Part shown: positions 63,125-64,000 of the stretch, one piece after another
Position numbering within the stretch: position 1 is the first letter of the stretch
Layout of the letters: each line of letters begins with the position of its first letter
Notes under the pieces: generated by a model
Database searches by the model: none
Told to the model about the DNA's origin: nothing
Seen by the model: the letters and a program-made list of their open reading frames with translations, nothing else
Assembly (NCBI GenBank): GCA_030867685.1
Contig: JAQOWU010000007.1
Span: forward strand, 1,488,001-1,552,000
Reading direction: 5' to 3'
Length of the DNA: 64,000 nucleotides
Source of the DNA: Wickerhamiella versatilis
Lineage: Eukaryota
Program-made: the position numbers and the translations under genes

Positions 63125-64000
63125 TCATTGTTTCAGAGAGTGCTCTGCTTGGGCCAGCCATGCGGCCTCAGTGGCAACTGTTCTCACAGTTAGATTGCGA
63201 TCAGCGACAGCTTCGTTAATAGAATCAAGTATTCGTGTTTGGTCGACTATTGCCTCGAGTCCGCCCTGTAAGTCGGTCGATTTGTTGAATTTCCCCACTC
63301 TCAACTTATGCAAGACCCTGCCCGCTGTACGGAGGGCCAGAGACCGTTGGGCTGGGTTCGAACTGCGGCCGAGGTGAGCCAGCTCGGCCAAAGTGTACCC
63401 AGCAGCACTTGGGGCATCACCATGATGATGTAGGCCCTCATCTGTCCTAATGTACCTGGACATCCGAGGTGTGATCAAATCTCCTCTGAAGTCGAATCGC
63501 AGCTCAGAGGGTGCAATAGAAACCATTTCAGCATTGTATTCAGCCTCATCAACCTCGTCAATAGGGCGCATCCAAGCAAGTTTATCTGTTTCCACTGGAA
63601 GATCCGAGAAATACTCTTTGAGCTCTTCAGGTGGGGGTGGGAAATGCGGTGCTAGATGCTTTTGTGGGTTACGTTGTGGATGTTCAAGATTATTTGGGGG
63701 GACCAGTGGAGCATCCTCGGGACCGTATGTCCGTTCTGGTAATTTTTCGTCACTATGAGGCTGTTTTTGTTCATTACTGTCCGGAGTGGCATGATCCTCT
63801 GGCATGGGGGTCTGTGGTTTGTCCTTCGGTTCATTCGTGTCACTCAAATTTGAAGCTGCATGTGGCGGTGGCGCCTCTGAGACGGCCTGACTTTCTTTCA
63901 GTTCTGCCCGACGCAGTAACGATGCTAGAACCTGGGGGTCAACGCTGTTAATTAATTCTTCCTTTTCAGCAACGACATCTTGCTGGCTCATTGAAGCAAG
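63125..64000 (-). CDS. RBA50: RNA polymerase II assembly factor Rba50/RPAP1 (5' end outside window)
   Basis: Frame open to the window edge (LASMSQQDV), LRFDFRG, GLHHHGDAPSAAGYTLAEL...QR. Confidence 0.92.
   Translation of the reverse strand, partial: LASMSQQDVVAEKEELINSVDPQVLASLLRRAELKESQAVSEAPPPHAASNLSDTNEPKDKPQTPMPEDHATPDSNEQKQPHSDEKLPERTYGPEDAPLVPPNNLEHPQRNPQKHLAPHFPPPPEELKEYFSDLPVETDKLAWMRPIDEVDEAEYNAEMVSIAPSELRFDFRGDLITPRMSRYIRTDEGLHHHGDAPSAAGYTLAELAHLGRSSNPAQRSLALRTAGRVLHKLRVGKFNKSTDLQGGLEAIVDQTRILDSINEAVADRNLTVRTVATEAAWLAQAEHSLKQ

Noticed and set aside
1..64000. Bacterial-derived operon, CRISPR array, transposon, tRNA/rRNA, or TGA-CTA readthrough peroxisomal extensions
   Set aside because: All recognisable genes look like fungal orthologues; no repeat-spacer array, LTR, transposase or cloverleaf seen; the stop contexts I checked lack the readthrough motif.

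Overview
Compact, nearly intron-free budding-yeast chromosomal segment with about 43 protein-coding loci in 64 kb. It uses the standard genetic code (CTG falls at conserved Leu positions), so it is not a CUG-Ser clade yeast. Gene content (a GCP4-like subunit, a Cys2-type serine O-acyltransferase), intronless RPS0/RPS7/PMI40 and tiny intergenic gaps suggest an early-diverging Saccharomycotina lineage such as Wickerhamiella/Starmerella; this is inference. Most genes are housekeeping: KRE33, TRM2, SUA7, SKI6, RPP1, casein kinase I, PUP3, MRPS28, SOH1, SCS3, NRK1, PDB1, ROK1, CYK3, OST3/6, NOP16, PMI40, ARF6, BZZ1, NTF2, AIM21-like, GAS, RPS7, MAD1, RPS0, m-AAA protease, ADP/ATP carrier, APP1, an APSES factor and RBA50. 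I found no tRNA, rRNA, CRISPR array or recognisable transposon, and no clear multi-gene novel system. Best leads: a shortened, divergent GCP4; an orphan island at 31.0-33.1 kb with two in-frame ORFs split by a single TAA and ending in a zinc finger; a Cys-free secreted orphan; a Mad1 lacking the RLK motif; motifs shared by two ribosomal protein promoters; and divergent gene pairs only about 60 bp apart.
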